Of a DNA stretch of 63,743 nt, positions 1 to 10,198 are shown piece by piece. Made by a program: the position numbers and the translations under genes. The stretch comes from Terriglobales bacterium (GTDB taxonomy: Bacteria; Acidobacteriota; Terriglobia; Terriglobales; SCQP01), in assembly GCA_025451775.1 (NCBI GenBank), contig JANWJU010000108.1:1-63743 (forward strand), in the 5' to 3' direction. Numbering within the stretch: position 1 is the first letter of the stretch; each line of letters begins with the position of its first letter. The notes under the pieces were generated by a model, which saw nothing but the letters and a program-made list of their open reading frames with translations, was not told the DNA's origin and ran no database searches.

Positions 1-102
1 CGAAAAGCAACCCACCGCCAACTGACTGCGGCCGCTCGGTCGGCCTCATCGTCGGCGGCGCAGAAAATGGCATGATACGATCCGCTGGAAGGATTCTCCA
101 CC

Positions 103-465
103 ATGCGTCTGGCTGCGATGTTCGCCCTTTTGAGCCTGGCCCAAGCCCTGTCGATTGCGGGGACGTGGAGCGCCACCATTAACTCGCCCGGCGGATCCTT
201 CGCCCAGGTCTTCACCTTCCATGACACCGGAAAAACCCTCACCGGGACGATGGTCAACGGCCGCCAGGGAACCGTGCCGCTGAGCGATATCGTTGTCCAG
301 GGCGACCAGATTCACTTCGACTGGATCGAGAACTCCCAAGGCCAGAACTTCGACTGGAAATATGCGGGTGTCATTCACGCCAACGAGATGGATCTGACCC
401 TCACCGTACCCATGGGCGGCAAGACCATCCACATGATCGCGAAACGCGCCGCGAACGCCACTTAG
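103..465 (+). CDS. Hypothetical secreted small beta-rich protein
   Basis: 120 aa ORF with N-terminal signal peptide and 'IAGTWSATI...LTGT...[13 protein letters not shown]' beta-strand pattern; GAAGGA upstream. Confidence 0.75.
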   Translation: MRLAAMFALLSLAQALSIAGTWSATINSPGGSFAQVFTFHDTGKTLTGTMVNGRQGTVPLSDIVVQGDQIHFDWIENSQGQNFDWKYAGVIHANEMDLTLTVPMGGKTIHMIAKRAANAT

Positions 466-1535
466 GCGGCGGTTTCTTTTTGCAGGCGCTCGGCTTGGAA
501 GTGGGCGGTGAGGGCCTCGATGAAGGGCTGCAGGCGGCCGTCCATCACGTCGCCGAGCTGGTGCAGGCTGAGGCCGGCGCGGTGGTCGGTGACGCGGTTC
601 TGGGGGAAATTGTAGGTGCGGATCTTCTCGCTGCGGTCGCCGGAGCCGACCTGCTGCTTGCGTTCGGCGGCGATGGCTTGATGCTGCTTCTCCGTCTCGA
701 TTTCCAAAAGGCGGCTGCGCAGCACGCGCTCCGCCTTGGCGCGGTTCTTGATCTGCGACTTCTCATCCTGGCAGGAGACGATCAACCCCGTGGGTAGATG
801 GGTGAGCCGCACCGCCGAGTAGGTGGTGTTTACCGACTGCCCGCCGGGACCGGAGGAGCAGAACGTATCCACGCGCACGTCCTTGGGGTCGAGGTGGATA
901 TCGACTTCCTCGGCCTCGGGCAGCACCGCCACCGTGACCGCCGAGGTGTGTACCCTTCCCTGCTGCTCGGTCGCCGGCACGCGCTGCACGCGGTGGACGC
1001 CGCTCTCGTACTTGAGCTGGCTATAGGCGCCCCGGCCCTCGATGATGGCCACCACTTCCTTGAGGCCATGCACGCCGCTCTCGCTGGACGACAGCACCTC
1101 CAGCCGCCATCGCTGCTGCTCGGCAAAGCGGCTGTACATGCGGAACATCTCGGCGACAAACAGCGTGGCTTCGTCGCCGCCGGTGCCGGCGCGGATTTCG
1201 AGCACCACGTTTTTCTCGTCGTTGGGGTCCTTGGGCAGCAGCAGTTGCCGCAGCCGCGCTTCCGTGGCGGCCAACTCGGGCTGCAGGCGGGCGAGCTCGT
1301 CGGTGGCAAACTGCCGCACGTCGGTGTCGGCGTCGTTTTGCATCTGCCGCGCCTCAGCCGCATCCTGCTCCATCTGCCGGTAGCGGCGGAACTCCTCCAC
1401 CGTTTCCGACAGCTCGGCATGGGCGCGGGCCGCCTTCTGAAAGCGGGCGTTGTCGGCGATCACCTCGGGGGACCCGAGTTGCGCGGTCAGCTCATCGTAC
1501 TGAGCTTCCATTTTCTGTAGCCTGTCTAGAATCAC
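462..1535 (-). CDS. prfA: Peptide chain release factor 1
   Basis: [13 protein letters not shown] (PxT) and [11 protein letters not shown] motifs; GTG start at 1535 overlaps the stop of the upstream gene (GTGA). Confidence 0.97.
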   Translation of the reverse strand: MILDRLQKMEAQYDELTAQLGSPEVIADNARFQKAARAHAELSETVEEFRRYRQMEQDAAEARQMQNDADTDVRQFATDELARLQPELAATEARLRQLLLPKDPNDEKNVVLEIRAGTGGDEATLFVAEMFRMYSRFAEQQRWRLEVLSSSESGVHGLKEVVAIIEGRGAYSQLKYESGVHRVQRVPATEQQGRVHTSAVTVAVLPEAEEVDIHLDPKDVRVDTFCSSGPGGQSVNTTYSAVRLTHLPTGLIVSCQDEKSQIKNRAKAERVLRSRLLEIETEKQHQAIAAERKQQVGSGDRSEKIRTYNFPQNRVTDHRAGLSLHQLGDVMDGRLQPFIEALTAHFQAERLQKETAA

Positions 1536-2551
1536 GATATAACCAGCTCCCCGCCCTGGGTTTGCTCCAACGCCATGGCCTCGCGCAGCGAGCGGATCGA
1601 GCACTCCAGCTGCTCCGTATTCGGCTCCTGCGTGGTGATGCGCTGCAGCCACAACCCCGGGCGGGCCAGCAGCGCGAACACCGACTGGCTGTGGCGCGCG
1701 CCAAAGCGGATGACCTCGTACGACAATCCGGCGATCACCGGCAGCAGCGCGATCCGGATCACCAGCCGCATCAGGAAGGATTGCGCCGGAATCAGGATAT
1801 AGAACGCCATGGCGATCAGCATGATCACGATCATGAAGCTGGTGCCACAGCGTGGATGCAACGTGGTGAACGTGCGCGCGTGTTCCACGTCGACGGGCTT
1901 GCCCGACTCGAAGTTGAACACCACCTTGTGCTCGGCGCCATGGTACTGATACACGCGCCGGATGTCGGGCAGCAGCGCCAAGCCGCCGATGAAGAGCAGG
2001 AATAAGGCGATGCGGATCACGCCGTCCACCGTGTTGAACGCGATCTGGCCGCTCAACATCGGCACGCGGTGCGCGATTTCGGTGGCCGCCAGCAGCGGCA
2101 CCAGCTTGTAAAAGGCCACGAAGAATGCCAGCGAGATTCCGATGCTGGCGATCATGCCCCACGACGTCACCTCGCCCGCCGCGCTTGCCTCCGCCGGTTC
2201 CTTTTGCTCGCCGGGTTCGTGCAGCAGTTGGTCGCTGCTGAAGCGCAGGGCGCGGACGCCGAGCGCCATCGCCTGGCCCAGCGTGGCCAAGCCGCGCAGC
2301 AGGGGCCATCCCCAATATTTGTGGCGCTCGGCGGGCCGGGTCAGCGGCCGCGTGGTGGTGATGAGTTCGCCGTCGGGACGGCGCACGGTCACCGCGTAGG
2401 AGTGCGGGGCGCGCATCATCACCCCCTCCATCACCGCTTGGCCGCCCACCAGGATCTCGGACTCCCCACTCTCCAGCGCGATCAGCAGCTGCAGGTGCAG
2501 GAGTTGCCTGCAGAGGGCGCGGGTTCGGCGAAGCAACTGGGGCTGAGGCAT
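1532..2551 (-). CDS. DUF1385 domain membrane protein
   Basis: [19 protein letters not shown] and HPRCGTSF motifs; this family is typically adjacent to prfA. Confidence 0.92.
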   Translation of the reverse strand: MPQPQLLRRTRALCRQLLHLQLLIALESGESEILVGGQAVMEGVMMRAPHSYAVTVRRPDGELITTTRPLTRPAERHKYWGWPLLRGLATLGQAMALGVRALRFSSDQLLHEPGEQKEPAEASAAGEVTSWGMIASIGISLAFFVAFYKLVPLLAATEIAHRVPMLSGQIAFNTVDGVIRIALFLLFIGGLALLPDIRRVYQYHGAEHKVVFNFESGKPVDVEHARTFTTLHPRCGTSFMIVIMLIAMAFYILIPAQSFLMRLVIRIALLPVIAGLSYEVIRFGARHSQSVFALLARPGLWLQRITTQEPNTEQLECSIRSLREAMALEQTQGGELVIS

Positions 2552-2594
2552 GCAGACTCCCTAAAGCCAACAAAAACAAGAAGATACGGTCTTC

Positions 2595-2603
2595 ATTATA
2601 GCA
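2595..2603 (-). promoter_or_regulatory. Extended -10 promoter (TGcTATAAT) for DUF1385-prfA
   Basis: Minus strand TGCTATAAT about 44 nt upstream of ATG 2551, overlapping the stop of the PIG-L gene. Confidence 0.55.
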
Positions 2604-3324
2604 GATCCTGGAACAAATCCGCGGCCAGCCAGTCTTCGGCGAAGGGGCGCCCCGCCGCCAGGTGGAACAGCTCGCGTCCGCCCGCCAGACGCAAATACCC
2701 CTCCACCCGCTCGAACAGCGGCGCCTGCGTCTGATGGCAGTGGAAGGCCGCCACTTTCGTCTCCACATAGGGCGCGATGTCAACGGCCACGTCCGGGTGC
2801 GGCAGCCACACCGGCGGGAACCGCGGCGGCTGCACGGGCACGGTGGCATAAAACAACCGTTCGGCCTGAAATGGTGGATCAGGATGCTCGGGAAAGTACC
2901 GTTCGTGCGCCGCCCAGTGAAACGCCGCGGTGGCGCACAATCCCGCCATGGCGTGGTCGGGGTGGGCCGTAGCCGAACCCTCCGGCCCCAGGGTCAGCAC
3001 CAGCGCGGGGCGCAGCGCACGCACAACGGCGACGAGCCGGCCGACGATGGCATAGAACGGCGCCTGTGGCAGCCCGGCATCGGGGAGGTCCCAGATTTGC
3101 GGCGGCTGAAAGCCCAGCAGGCGGCACGAGGCTTCGAGTTCGCCGCGGCGCAGCGCCTTCAGGGAAGCATCGTCGGTGGCGGCGCCGCGGTTGCGCGCCC
3201 GCTCGCCGGCGGTCAGGCAGACCAGATGGCAAGCGACGCCGGCGGTGGCGTAGCGGGCCACGCTGCCGCCAAAGTTGGCGGCTTCATCGTCGGGGTGGGC
3301 GGTAACGCACAGCAAACGGCGCAC
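2596..3324 (-). CDS. PIG-L family deacetylase
   Basis: AHPDDE, LTAGE, HPDH and CHQTQ motifs. Confidence 0.9.
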   Translation of the reverse strand: MRRLLCVTAHPDDEAANFGGSVARYATAGVACHLVCLTAGERARNRGAATDDASLKALRRGELEASCRLLGFQPPQIWDLPDAGLPQAPFYAIVGRLVAVVRALRPALVLTLGPEGSATAHPDHAMAGLCATAAFHWAAHERYFPEHPDPPFQAERLFYATVPVQPPRFPPVWLPHPDVAVDIAPYVETKVAAFHCHQTQAPLFERVEGYLRLAGGRELFHLAAGRPFAEDWLAADLFQDLL

Positions 3325-3328
3325 GCGG

Positions 3329-3838
3329 CTACCACTCGCCGTCTTTTTGCAGCTTGCGGATCTTGCGCTTGATGAGGTCCCGCTTCAGCGTGCTGAGATG
3401 GGTGATGAATAGGACGCCGTTCAGGTGGTCGATCTCATGCTGCATGGCGCGGGCCAGCAGTTCCTCGCCCGAGGACTCGAACCAGTTCCCCTCGGCATCC
3501 TGGGCGCGGACGCTGACCCCGAGCGCGCGCGTGACGTCGGCGCGGAACCCCGGCAGGCTGAGGCAGCCCTCCTCGCCGGTCTGCTTGCCCTCGCGGCGGA
3601 TGATCTCCGGGTTGGCCAGCACCAGCTTCTGCGCCGGGTCCTCGCCGACACTGCAATCGATCACGGTGAGGCGCAGGGAACGGCCAATCTGCGGCGCGGC
3701 CAACCCCACGCCGCTGGCGGCGTACATGGACTCGAACATGTCGTCCACGAGGCGGCGCAGCTCCGGGCCAAACTCAGTGACCGCCGCGGCAGGGGTGGTG
3801 AGCACGGGATCGGGAAATTTGACAATGGGATAGATCAC
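3329..3838 (-). CDS. def: Peptide deformylase
   Basis: GVGLAAPQ, EGCLS and QHEIDHLNG motifs; GTG start at 3838 just after the aroC stop. Confidence 0.97.
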   Translation of the reverse strand: MIYPIVKFPDPVLTTPAAAVTEFGPELRRLVDDMFESMYAASGVGLAAPQIGRSLRLTVIDCSVGEDPAQKLVLANPEIIRREGKQTGEEGCLSLPGFRADVTRALGVSVRAQDAEGNWFESSGEELLARAMQHEIDHLNGVLFITHLSTLKRDLIKRKIRKLQKDGEW

Positions 3839-3843
3839 GTTGA

Positions 3844-5016
3844 TTAGAAGTTCCGCACCTGCTCGCGGTAGGCGTTGGCGTTGCGCTGCAACTCGAGGAG
3901 CGAGTCGCCGCCAAATTTTTCCAGCGCCGCCTGGGCCAGCACCAGCGCCACCATGGCCTCGCCCACCACGCCGGCGGCGGGCACCACGCACACGTCACTG
4001 CGTTCGTAGGCGGCCTTGACCGGCTCGCGGGTCTCAAAGGCCACGCTCTCCAGCGGGCGCCGCAGGGTCGAGATGGGCTTGAGGAATCCGCGGACGATGA
4101 GCTCCTCGCCGTTGGTCATGCCGCCCTCCAGCCCGCCGGCGTGGTTGCCGGCGCGGGTGAAGCGATGCTCGCCGCGGTCGTAGCCGATGGGGTCCTGGGC
4201 CAGCGATCCGGACGTGGCGGCGGCGGCGACACCGGCGCCGATCTCGCACGCCTTCACCGCCTGGATCGAGCAGATGGCTTGCGCCAGCTTGCCGTCCAGA
4301 CGTTCATCCCAATTGGCGCAGGTGCCCAACCCCGGCGGCAGGCCCGCGGCGCGCACCTCGAAAACGCCGCCGATGGTGTCGCCGGTGCGCAGCACGCGAT
4401 CCACCTCCGCCTTCATGCGCTGCTCCGCCTCGGTATCGAGGCAATGAAGCAGGATCTCCTCCCGCGCCGCCAGTTGACGCAGCCCCTCCCAGGTCACCGG
4501 CACGGTTTCGGGCAGCACGGCCGCGCCTACCTGAATCACGTGGCTGAGCACCTCGATCCCCAACGCGCGCAACAACAACTTGGCCACCGCGCCCGCCGCC
4601 ACCCGCGCCGCCGTCTCGCGCGCGCTGGCGCGCTCCAGCACGTAGCGCGCCTCGGGGAAATTGAACTTGATGGCGCCCGCCAGATCGGCGTGGCCGGGAC
4701 GGGGACTCTTCACCGGCCGCGCCGCCTCGCCGGCGGGCGTGGCCACCGCCAGTGTCTGCTCCCAGTTCTTCCAGTCGTGGTTGGGGATAAGCACCGCGAT
4801 GGGAGCGCCAATCGTCGCTCCATTGCGCACCCCGGAGAGGAACTCCGGCGTGTCGCGCTCGATCTTCATGCGCCCCCCACGGCCGTAGCCCTGTTGCCGG
4901 CGCCATAACTCGTGGGCGACAAAAGCGGGGTCGATCGCCAGCCCAGCGGGCATGCCCGAGAGCAGCGCCAACAGGGCTTGGCCGTGGGATTCGCCGGCGG
5001 TGGAGAAACGTAGCAT
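3844..5016 (-). CDS. aroC: Chorismate synthase
   Basis: TAGESHG, PRPGHAD, RASARETA and RSDVC motifs. Confidence 0.98.
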   Translation of the reverse strand: MLRFSTAGESHGQALLALLSGMPAGLAIDPAFVAHELWRRQQGYGRGGRMKIERDTPEFLSGVRNGATIGAPIAVLIPNHDWKNWEQTLAVATPAGEAARPVKSPRPGHADLAGAIKFNFPEARYVLERASARETAARVAAGAVAKLLLRALGIEVLSHVIQVGAAVLPETVPVTWEGLRQLAAREEILLHCLDTEAEQRMKAEVDRVLRTGDTIGGVFEVRAAGLPPGLGTCANWDERLDGKLAQAICSIQAVKACEIGAGVAAAATSGSLAQDPIGYDRGEHRFTRAGNHAGGLEGGMTNGEELIVRGFLKPISTLRRPLESVAFETREPVKAAYERSDVCVVPAAGVVGEAMVALVLAQAALEKFGGDSLLELQRNANAYREQVRNF

Positions 5017-5039
5017 GATCGTACTGAACAGTTTACCAA

Positions 5040-5080
5040 GTGGCTCGCCACTTTTCGCTGGGTCGCTCCCGCTGGTCGCT
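5040..5080. repeat. Repeat A copy 1 (intergenic), GTGGCTCGCCACTTTTCGCTGGGTCGCTCCCGCTGGTCGCT
   Basis: Identical to 33924-33964; one mismatch to 23874-23914. Confidence 0.9.
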
Positions 5081-5278
5081 TTGACGGAATGGCCGTCGGC
5101 GACGCGCCCGTAGCTAACCGGGCGGCTACCGATCCGATCCGGCTACAGCCGGGGGATGGTCACGCCGCTGGCGCACGAGCGGGGCTGAGGGGACCCCGCG
5201 ACGCGCCGTCGGCTCAGCGGGCGGCGAAGCCGGGCGCCCGCGTCAAATATGCTAGATTCTGGGCAGGAGGAAACGGAT

Positions 5279-6091
5279 TTGGCCACGGCGGCGCCCCCAC
5301 GGGGCGAGGAGGAGATCCAGTGGGGGTTCATCGGCTGGCTCAAGGGCCAGCTCGAGGGCCTGCAGGCCTACTCCCTGCTCACCGGCCGCACCTTCCGCAA
5401 CGTCCTGGCGCGCCCCTTCTACGGCGGCGACACCATGCTGCAGATGGACAGCCTCGGCGTGGGCTCGCTGCCGATCGTGCTCATGACCGGCTTCTTCACC
5501 GGCGCCGTCATGGCGCTGCAGTTGTCAGCCACGCTGGCGCAGTACGGGCAGATTCAGCGCACCGGGCAGCTCGTCGCCCTCTCCATCGTGCGCGAGCTGG
5601 GACCGGTGCTGACCGGCCTCATGGTGGCGGCGCGCAATGCCGCGGGCATGGCCAGCGAGCTGGGCTCGATGGTGGTGACCGAGCAGGTGGACGCCATGCG
5701 CGCCCTGGGCACCGATCCCATCAAGAAGCTGGCCACGCCGCGGCTGCTGGCCACCATCTCCATGACCTTTTCCCTCACCATCATCGCCGATCTGTGCGGC
5801 TTGATCGGCGGCTATCTCTACGCCATCCTGGCGTTGCGGCTGGACGGCCGCCAGTACTGGTACACCGCGATGCAGGCGCTGGGCGCCACCGACATGGCTC
5901 AGGGGCTGTTGAAACCGGTGGTGTTCGGCATCATCATCGCCACCGTGGCCTGCTACTTCGGCATGTCGGCGCGGGGTGGCACGCGGGGCGTGGGGCGCGC
6001 CACCACGCAAGCGGTGGTGTCGGCCTCGGTGCTCATTATTCTCACCGACTTCCTGTTGAGCCGGGTGCTGATCGGCTTCTTCGGGGCGTAA
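5279..6091 (+). CDS. mlaE: MlaE-family (Mce-associated) ABC permease
   Basis: RELGPVL, ELGSMVVTEQVDAMRALG and GVGRATTQAVV motifs; TTG start chosen because AGGAGG lies at 5265-5270 (ORF track start is 5249). Confidence 0.9.
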   Translation: MATAAPPRGEEEIQWGFIGWLKGQLEGLQAYSLLTGRTFRNVLARPFYGGDTMLQMDSLGVGSLPIVLMTGFFTGAVMALQLSATLAQYGQIQRTGQLVALSIVRELGPVLTGLMVAARNAAGMASELGSMVVTEQVDAMRALGTDPIKKLATPRLLATISMTFSLTIIADLCGLIGGYLYAILALRLDGRQYWYTAMQALGATDMAQGLLKPVVFGIIIATVACYFGMSARGGTRGVGRATTQAVVSASVLIILTDFLLSRVLIGFFGA

Positions 6092-6888
6092 TGGCGGACG
6101 CCCCCATCGAAATAGAATTCGACAATGTGAGCATCACCCTGGGCGCCACCCCGGTGCTGCGCGGCCTGTCGCTGCGCGTCCGGCGCGGAGAAACCAAGGT
6201 GCTGCTGGGCGAATCGGGGGCGGGCAAGTCGGTGGCGCTGAAGCTGGCGATTGGGTTGCTGCGGCCCGACCAGGGCCGCGTCATCGTGCTCGGCGAGCCG
6301 GTCAGCACGATGCCGGAGGCGGCGCTCTATCGGCTGCGGCGCCGGATCGGGATCGTGTTCCAGGAGAGCGCGCTGTTTGATTCCCTCACCGTGCGCGACA
6401 ACGTGGCCTACCGGCTGGACGAGGAGCACGCCATGGACCTGGAGGCGATCGACGCCCGGGTGCGCGCCTGCCTCGCCGCGGTCGAGCTGGAAGAAGTCAT
6501 GGACAAGTTTCCCGCCGAGCTCTCCGGCGGCATGCAGCGCCGCGTGGCCATCGCCCGTGCCCTCGCCACCGAGCCCGAGATCATGCTCTTCGACTCCCCC
6601 ACGGGCGGGCTCGATCCCATCACCGCCACCAACATCATGGAGCAAATCATCCGCCTGCGGGATGTGAACCACGTCACCTCGCTCCTGGTCACGCATCGGC
6701 TGCAGGACGCGGCCATGCTCGCGGCCTACCGCTGGGATGCGGAACACAATGCGCTGCGCCCGGCCGATGGCATGAGCGCCCACACCTCCTTCCTCGTCCT
6801 GCACGACCAACATGCCGTCTTCGATGGTTCCGCCGCCGAACTGCACGCCAGCACGCAGCCCTACGTGCAGCACTTCCTGCAAATCTAG
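6091..6888 (+). CDS. mlaF: MlaF-family ABC ATP-binding protein with atypical Walker B (DSPT)
   Basis: GESGAGKS, FQESALFDS, LSGGMQRR and VTH motifs; ATG overlaps the mlaE stop. Confidence 0.88.
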   Translation: MADAPIEIEFDNVSITLGATPVLRGLSLRVRRGETKVLLGESGAGKSVALKLAIGLLRPDQGRVIVLGEPVSTMPEAALYRLRRRIGIVFQESALFDSLTVRDNVAYRLDEEHAMDLEAIDARVRACLAAVELEEVMDKFPAELSGGMQRRVAIARALATEPEIMLFDSPTGGLDPITATNIMEQIIRLRDVNHVTSLLVTHRLQDAAMLAAYRWDAEHNALRPADGMSAHTSFLVLHDQHAVFDGSAAELHASTQPYVQHFLQI

Positions 6889-6899
6889 AGTGGCGGCGC

Positions 6900-7481
6900 T
6901 TAGCGGTAGCCGCGCGCGAGCAGGTATTTCGCACCCGCCTCAAAGGCCTGCGGACCAGGCACGAAAAACCCAAATGCATCCGCCAGCCGGCACATCGTAT
7001 TGAAGGCGAAGGCAACGGCGAGCGCGTCCTCGATCTGGGGCCGCGAGACGCCGGCAGCCAGCAGCGCGCGCATGTCGTCCGCATCCACGGCGTGCTCGCG
7101 CGTCAGTTTGCGCAGCATGCGGAGCGTCGCCCGCAGCGGCTCCGCCAGGGCTGCGGTGTCGAGATCACCGAGCGCCGCCGAGACCCGGACCTGATCGCGA
7201 TAGGCCGCTTGCGCCACCGCGGCGTGCGCCTGGGTGCACCACTCACAAGCATTCGCCTGGGCGACGATCGCCGCCATCAGCTCGCGATCGCCCACCGGCC
7301 AGGCCGACGGCCCGCGCATCGCCTCCTGGGTCACGCGCTGCATCGGCCTCCCATAGAAGTCGGCGCGGTACTTGACCAGCTTGACGGCATCGAGCACCGG
7401 CTGCCGCGACAGTAGGCGGATCAGCGTGAACAGGGCTTTGGTGCCGGCCGAGTGGCCGTGATCGAGAACCGCCAGACGCAT
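6900..7481 (-). CDS. Carboxymuconolactone decarboxylase/AhpD-family protein
   Basis: RELMAAIVAQANACEWCTQAH (E...CxxC..H) and FNTMCRLADAFG. Confidence 0.85.
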   Translation of the reverse strand: MRLAVLDHGHSAGTKALFTLIRLLSRQPVLDAVKLVKYRADFYGRPMQRVTQEAMRGPSAWPVGDRELMAAIVAQANACEWCTQAHAAVAQAAYRDQVRVSAALGDLDTAALAEPLRATLRMLRKLTREHAVDADDMRALLAAGVSRPQIEDALAVAFAFNTMCRLADAFGFFVPGPQAFEAGAKYLLARGYR

Positions 7482-7482
7482 G

Positions 7483-7791
7483 CTACCGCTCCCCGGCCGC
7501 AGCCTCGAGGGCCGCCATCGCCGTCTCGTATTGCCGCGTGGCCTGGCCAACCGCGGCGCAGATGACCATCTCGAAAATCTGGTCCTCGCTCAGGCCCGAG
7601 GCCCTCGCCGCGGCGATGTCCCCTTCCGTGACTCTGTAAGCCTGTCTGGCGACTTTATCGATAACGGCGGCCAGCGGTTCGCTAACCCCTGCGTTATTGA
7701 ACGCCGCCCGGCGTTGTGCCGGCGGCGCCTGGCCCGCTCCCTCGACGATCCGCGCTTCCAGCACCGCGCGCGCCTGCTTAATATCCGCCAT
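7483..7791 (-). CDS. Small AhpD-like helical protein
   Basis: KVARQAYRVTEGDIAAARASGLSEDQIFE resembles the AhpD/CMD C-terminal half; 1 nt from the next gene. Confidence 0.75.
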   Translation of the reverse strand: MADIKQARAVLEARIVEGAGQAPPAQRRAAFNNAGVSEPLAAVIDKVARQAYRVTEGDIAAARASGLSEDQIFEMVICAAVGQATRQYETAMAALEAAAGER

Positions 7792-7868
7792 ATTGCTTCC
7801 GGCCCAGCGACGATCCTCTCTTCGACGCCAGTGTACATCCGGCCGCCGTGCGCCGGCCGGGTTGCAAC

Positions 7869-10109
7869 CTAATATTTAAACCCGTAGCGCAACTCCACAT
7901 ACACCTCGCGGGGGGCGTTGAAGTGCGTGCCGCCGAAGGTCAGGCTATTGTCGATCAGCAGGTGGCGATTGAAAATATTGAGAGCGGTGGCGGACACGTT
8001 TACGCGGTCGGTGAGCTGCTTGCCAGCCGAGAGGCTGAATTCCGCATGCTGGGGCAGGTGGGACGGCGGAGCGGCGCCGTTGGCGAATCCGGAACCGTAG
8101 TACACGCTCAGGTCGCCGTAGACGGCGCCGGGAAAGTTCCAGTCCAGCCCGGTATTGACGGTGTTGCGCTGATCGTGATCGAGCAGGAAATACCCGTTGC
8201 CGGGCGTGAAATCGGTCAGCCCGCCGCTGACCGCCCCCTCGCCTTCGGCGATCTGGTTGGAGTAGGCGAGGTGGAACTGGCCGCGGTTCCACAGCCGCGG
8301 CGACCGCACCGTGGCCTCGAAGGCGCGGATGCGCGCGCCGGCGATGGTCAGGGGAAAGAAAATATCCGAGTTGCCCACATTATTGTGGTCGAAAAAGTTG
8401 CGGGCACGGTTGTGGAAGTAGTCCATGTCCAGCCCCCAGCTCCCACGCCCAAGCTGGAAGGGCACGGTCATGCCCACCTGCCACTCCTCGTCCCGCTCGC
8501 CGCGCAGGGGAATGAAGGCCAGGCTCTGTCCGGTGACAAATTGCAGCAGCGGCCCGGAGATCGTCTCCAGCGGCGGCGCCTGGTAGTAGCGGCCATAGTT
8601 ACCGCGCAACACCCAATGCCAGCGCGGCAGTTGCACGGCCAGCCCCACCCGCGGCGAGGTGGCGTTCTCCGGCAACTGCCCGGCAAAGTGGGATTGCCGC
8701 ACCCCGCCCATCAGCGTCAGCCACGCCCAAGGGTTGTACTTCTCCTCGGCGAACACTTCCTCGAGTTGGCCCGACAGCGCCTGCGGCTGCGACAAGTCAG
8801 GGTGTGAGGCGTCGTTGAAGCGCAGGCCAAACAGCTCGTGGTCGTGCTGCCCGAAACCATAAAAACCCACCTCCAGGTTGTTCTTCGCCGTCTGCTCGGT
8901 CAGCGTCGTCTGCAGGCCAGCATAAGTGGAGGTGCGCTGATCGGTGGTGCTGATGGGATAATCCTGCGCCCCGCCCAAGTAGTTGGCGCTGTTGTAGTGG
9001 TACAGGGGCGAAACCGTGAGCAGCGTGTCGGGACTCAAGGTGCGCACCCAACTGAAATTGACGAAGGCGTCGCTCTCCTGCTGGGCGTCGTGCTGAAAAC
9101 TGGCCGGGGCGGAGTTCTGTTCGGGGGTGTTGGGGATCTGGTAAAAATCCCGCCGCTGCGACGCCGCCAAACGCAATTGATTGTCGGCGTTAACGTTATA
9201 GATCAGCGACTCGAAACCGCCCTGCCCATTGTCGGCATCGTGCAGCGCCTGCGCCACGGGCGTTTCCAGCCCCAGGCCGGAGCGGTTGCCGCTCAAGCCG
9301 GCGAAGTAGGCGAACTTGTCGGTGTGGCTGCCGAAAGTGAGTTCGTCATGGGTCTGGTGGAAGTTGCCCAGGCTCAGTTCCAGTTCCGCCTGGTTGTTCA
9401 TCGAGAAGCCGCTGCGCGGGACGACGTTGAAGACGCCGTAGGTGCGGTCGCCATACTCGGCGTCGTAGCTGCCACGCTGCACTTCCATATAGTCCACATC
9501 GCTGGGATTGAACTGTGGCCCAACGTTGCTGGCGATGTTGGTATTGGGCACCGGCACGCCATCGACCAGCCAGCTCACTTGGTGGCCGCCGCGCACATGC
9601 AATTGATCGTGGACCATATAAGCGCCGGGGACGAAATCGGTGATCATGGCCAGGCTGTTGGGCCGGTCGGCGCCGGGGGAGCGCACCACCTGCTGCCGGC
9701 TCACCGTGGTGGTGGGCGTCGAGGATTCGACGTTCACCGCGGGCGCCACGCTGGCGCTTACGGTGGTGGTTTGCGATGCCGTGGCCAAGGGCAGCAGCAA
9801 ATGCACGATGGGCTCGGAGCCGGAGGCCACCGTCAGCGATTGCTGCGCCGCCTGCAGCCCCGGCGCGCTGGCGGTGAGGACGTAGTCGCCCAGCGGCACC
9901 CGCTGAAAATGAAACTCGCCGTTGGCGTCCGCACGCGTGCTCATGCTCCACTGCGAGTTGGCGGCGCGCAGCACCACCTGGGCGCCGGGGATGGGACGGT
10001 GCTGGGGATCGTGAACGATCCCGCGAACGCCGCCAAAAATCGTGGCAAAGGCCACCGACACGAAGCAGACACAACAAACCACCGGCAACCACACTCGACG
10101 CGTGCTCAT
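7869..10109 (-). CDS. TonB-dependent receptor with N-terminal carboxypeptidase-regulatory-like domain
   Basis: Signal peptide, GIVHDPQHRPIPGA, plug motif LHVRGG...VDGVP, C-terminal PREVYVELRYGFKY; AGGGAG RBS. Confidence 0.92.
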   Translation of the reverse strand: MSTRRVWLPVVCCVCFVSVAFATIFGGVRGIVHDPQHRPIPGAQVVLRAANSQWSMSTRADANGEFHFQRVPLGDYVLTASAPGLQAAQQSLTVASGSEPIVHLLLPLATASQTTTVSASVAPAVNVESSTPTTTVSRQQVVRSPGADRPNSLAMITDFVPGAYMVHDQLHVRGGHQVSWLVDGVPVPNTNIASNVGPQFNPSDVDYMEVQRGSYDAEYGDRTYGVFNVVPRSGFSMNNQAELELSLGNFHQTHDELTFGSHTDKFAYFAGLSGNRSGLGLETPVAQALHDADNGQGGFESLIYNVNADNQLRLAASQRRDFYQIPNTPEQNSAPASFQHDAQQESDAFVNFSWVRTLSPDTLLTVSPLYHYNSANYLGGAQDYPISTTDQRTSTYAGLQTTLTEQTAKNNLEVGFYGFGQHDHELFGLRFNDASHPDLSQPQALSGQLEEVFAEEKYNPWAWLTLMGGVRQSHFAGQLPENATSPRVGLAVQLPRWHWVLRGNYGRYYQAPPLETISGPLLQFVTGQSLAFIPLRGERDEEWQVGMTVPFQLGRGSWGLDMDYFHNRARNFFDHNNVGNSDIFFPLTIAGARIRAFEATVRSPRLWNRGQFHLAYSNQIAEGEGAVSGGLTDFTPGNGYFLLDHDQRNTVNTGLDWNFPGAVYGDLSVYYGSGFANGAAPPSHLPQHAEFSLSAGKQLTDRVNVSATALNIFNRHLLIDNSLTFGGTHFNAPREVYVELRYGFKY

Positions 10110-10123
10110 TGAATTCTCCCTAA

Positions 10124-10198
10124 GATCGCTCCATCCAGGAAAGCGAGCCGCGGCCGTGCGCTGCGCGCGGCCTCCGGCCCAGGGATCGAGAAGCGATC
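10124..10198 (-). promoter_or_regulatory. Long hairpin between the uORF stop and the TonB receptor RBS
   Basis: GATCGCT (10124-10130) pairs with AGCGATC (10192-10198), enclosing an inner GGCCGTGCG/CGCGCGGCC stem. Confidence 0.5.

Noticed and set aside
462-2849. 795-aa ORF suggesting a long N-terminal extension of RF1
   Set aside because: The upstream part is an alternative frame over the DUF1385 and PIG-L genes; the real start is GTG 1535
5081-5245. Small hairpins in the aroC-mlaE spacer as a possible ncRNA
   Set aside because: Short GC stems only; no recognisable RNA family
5089-6090. 599-aa ORF read as an extended ATPase
   Set aside because: Alternative frame over mlaE; the ATPase starts at 6091
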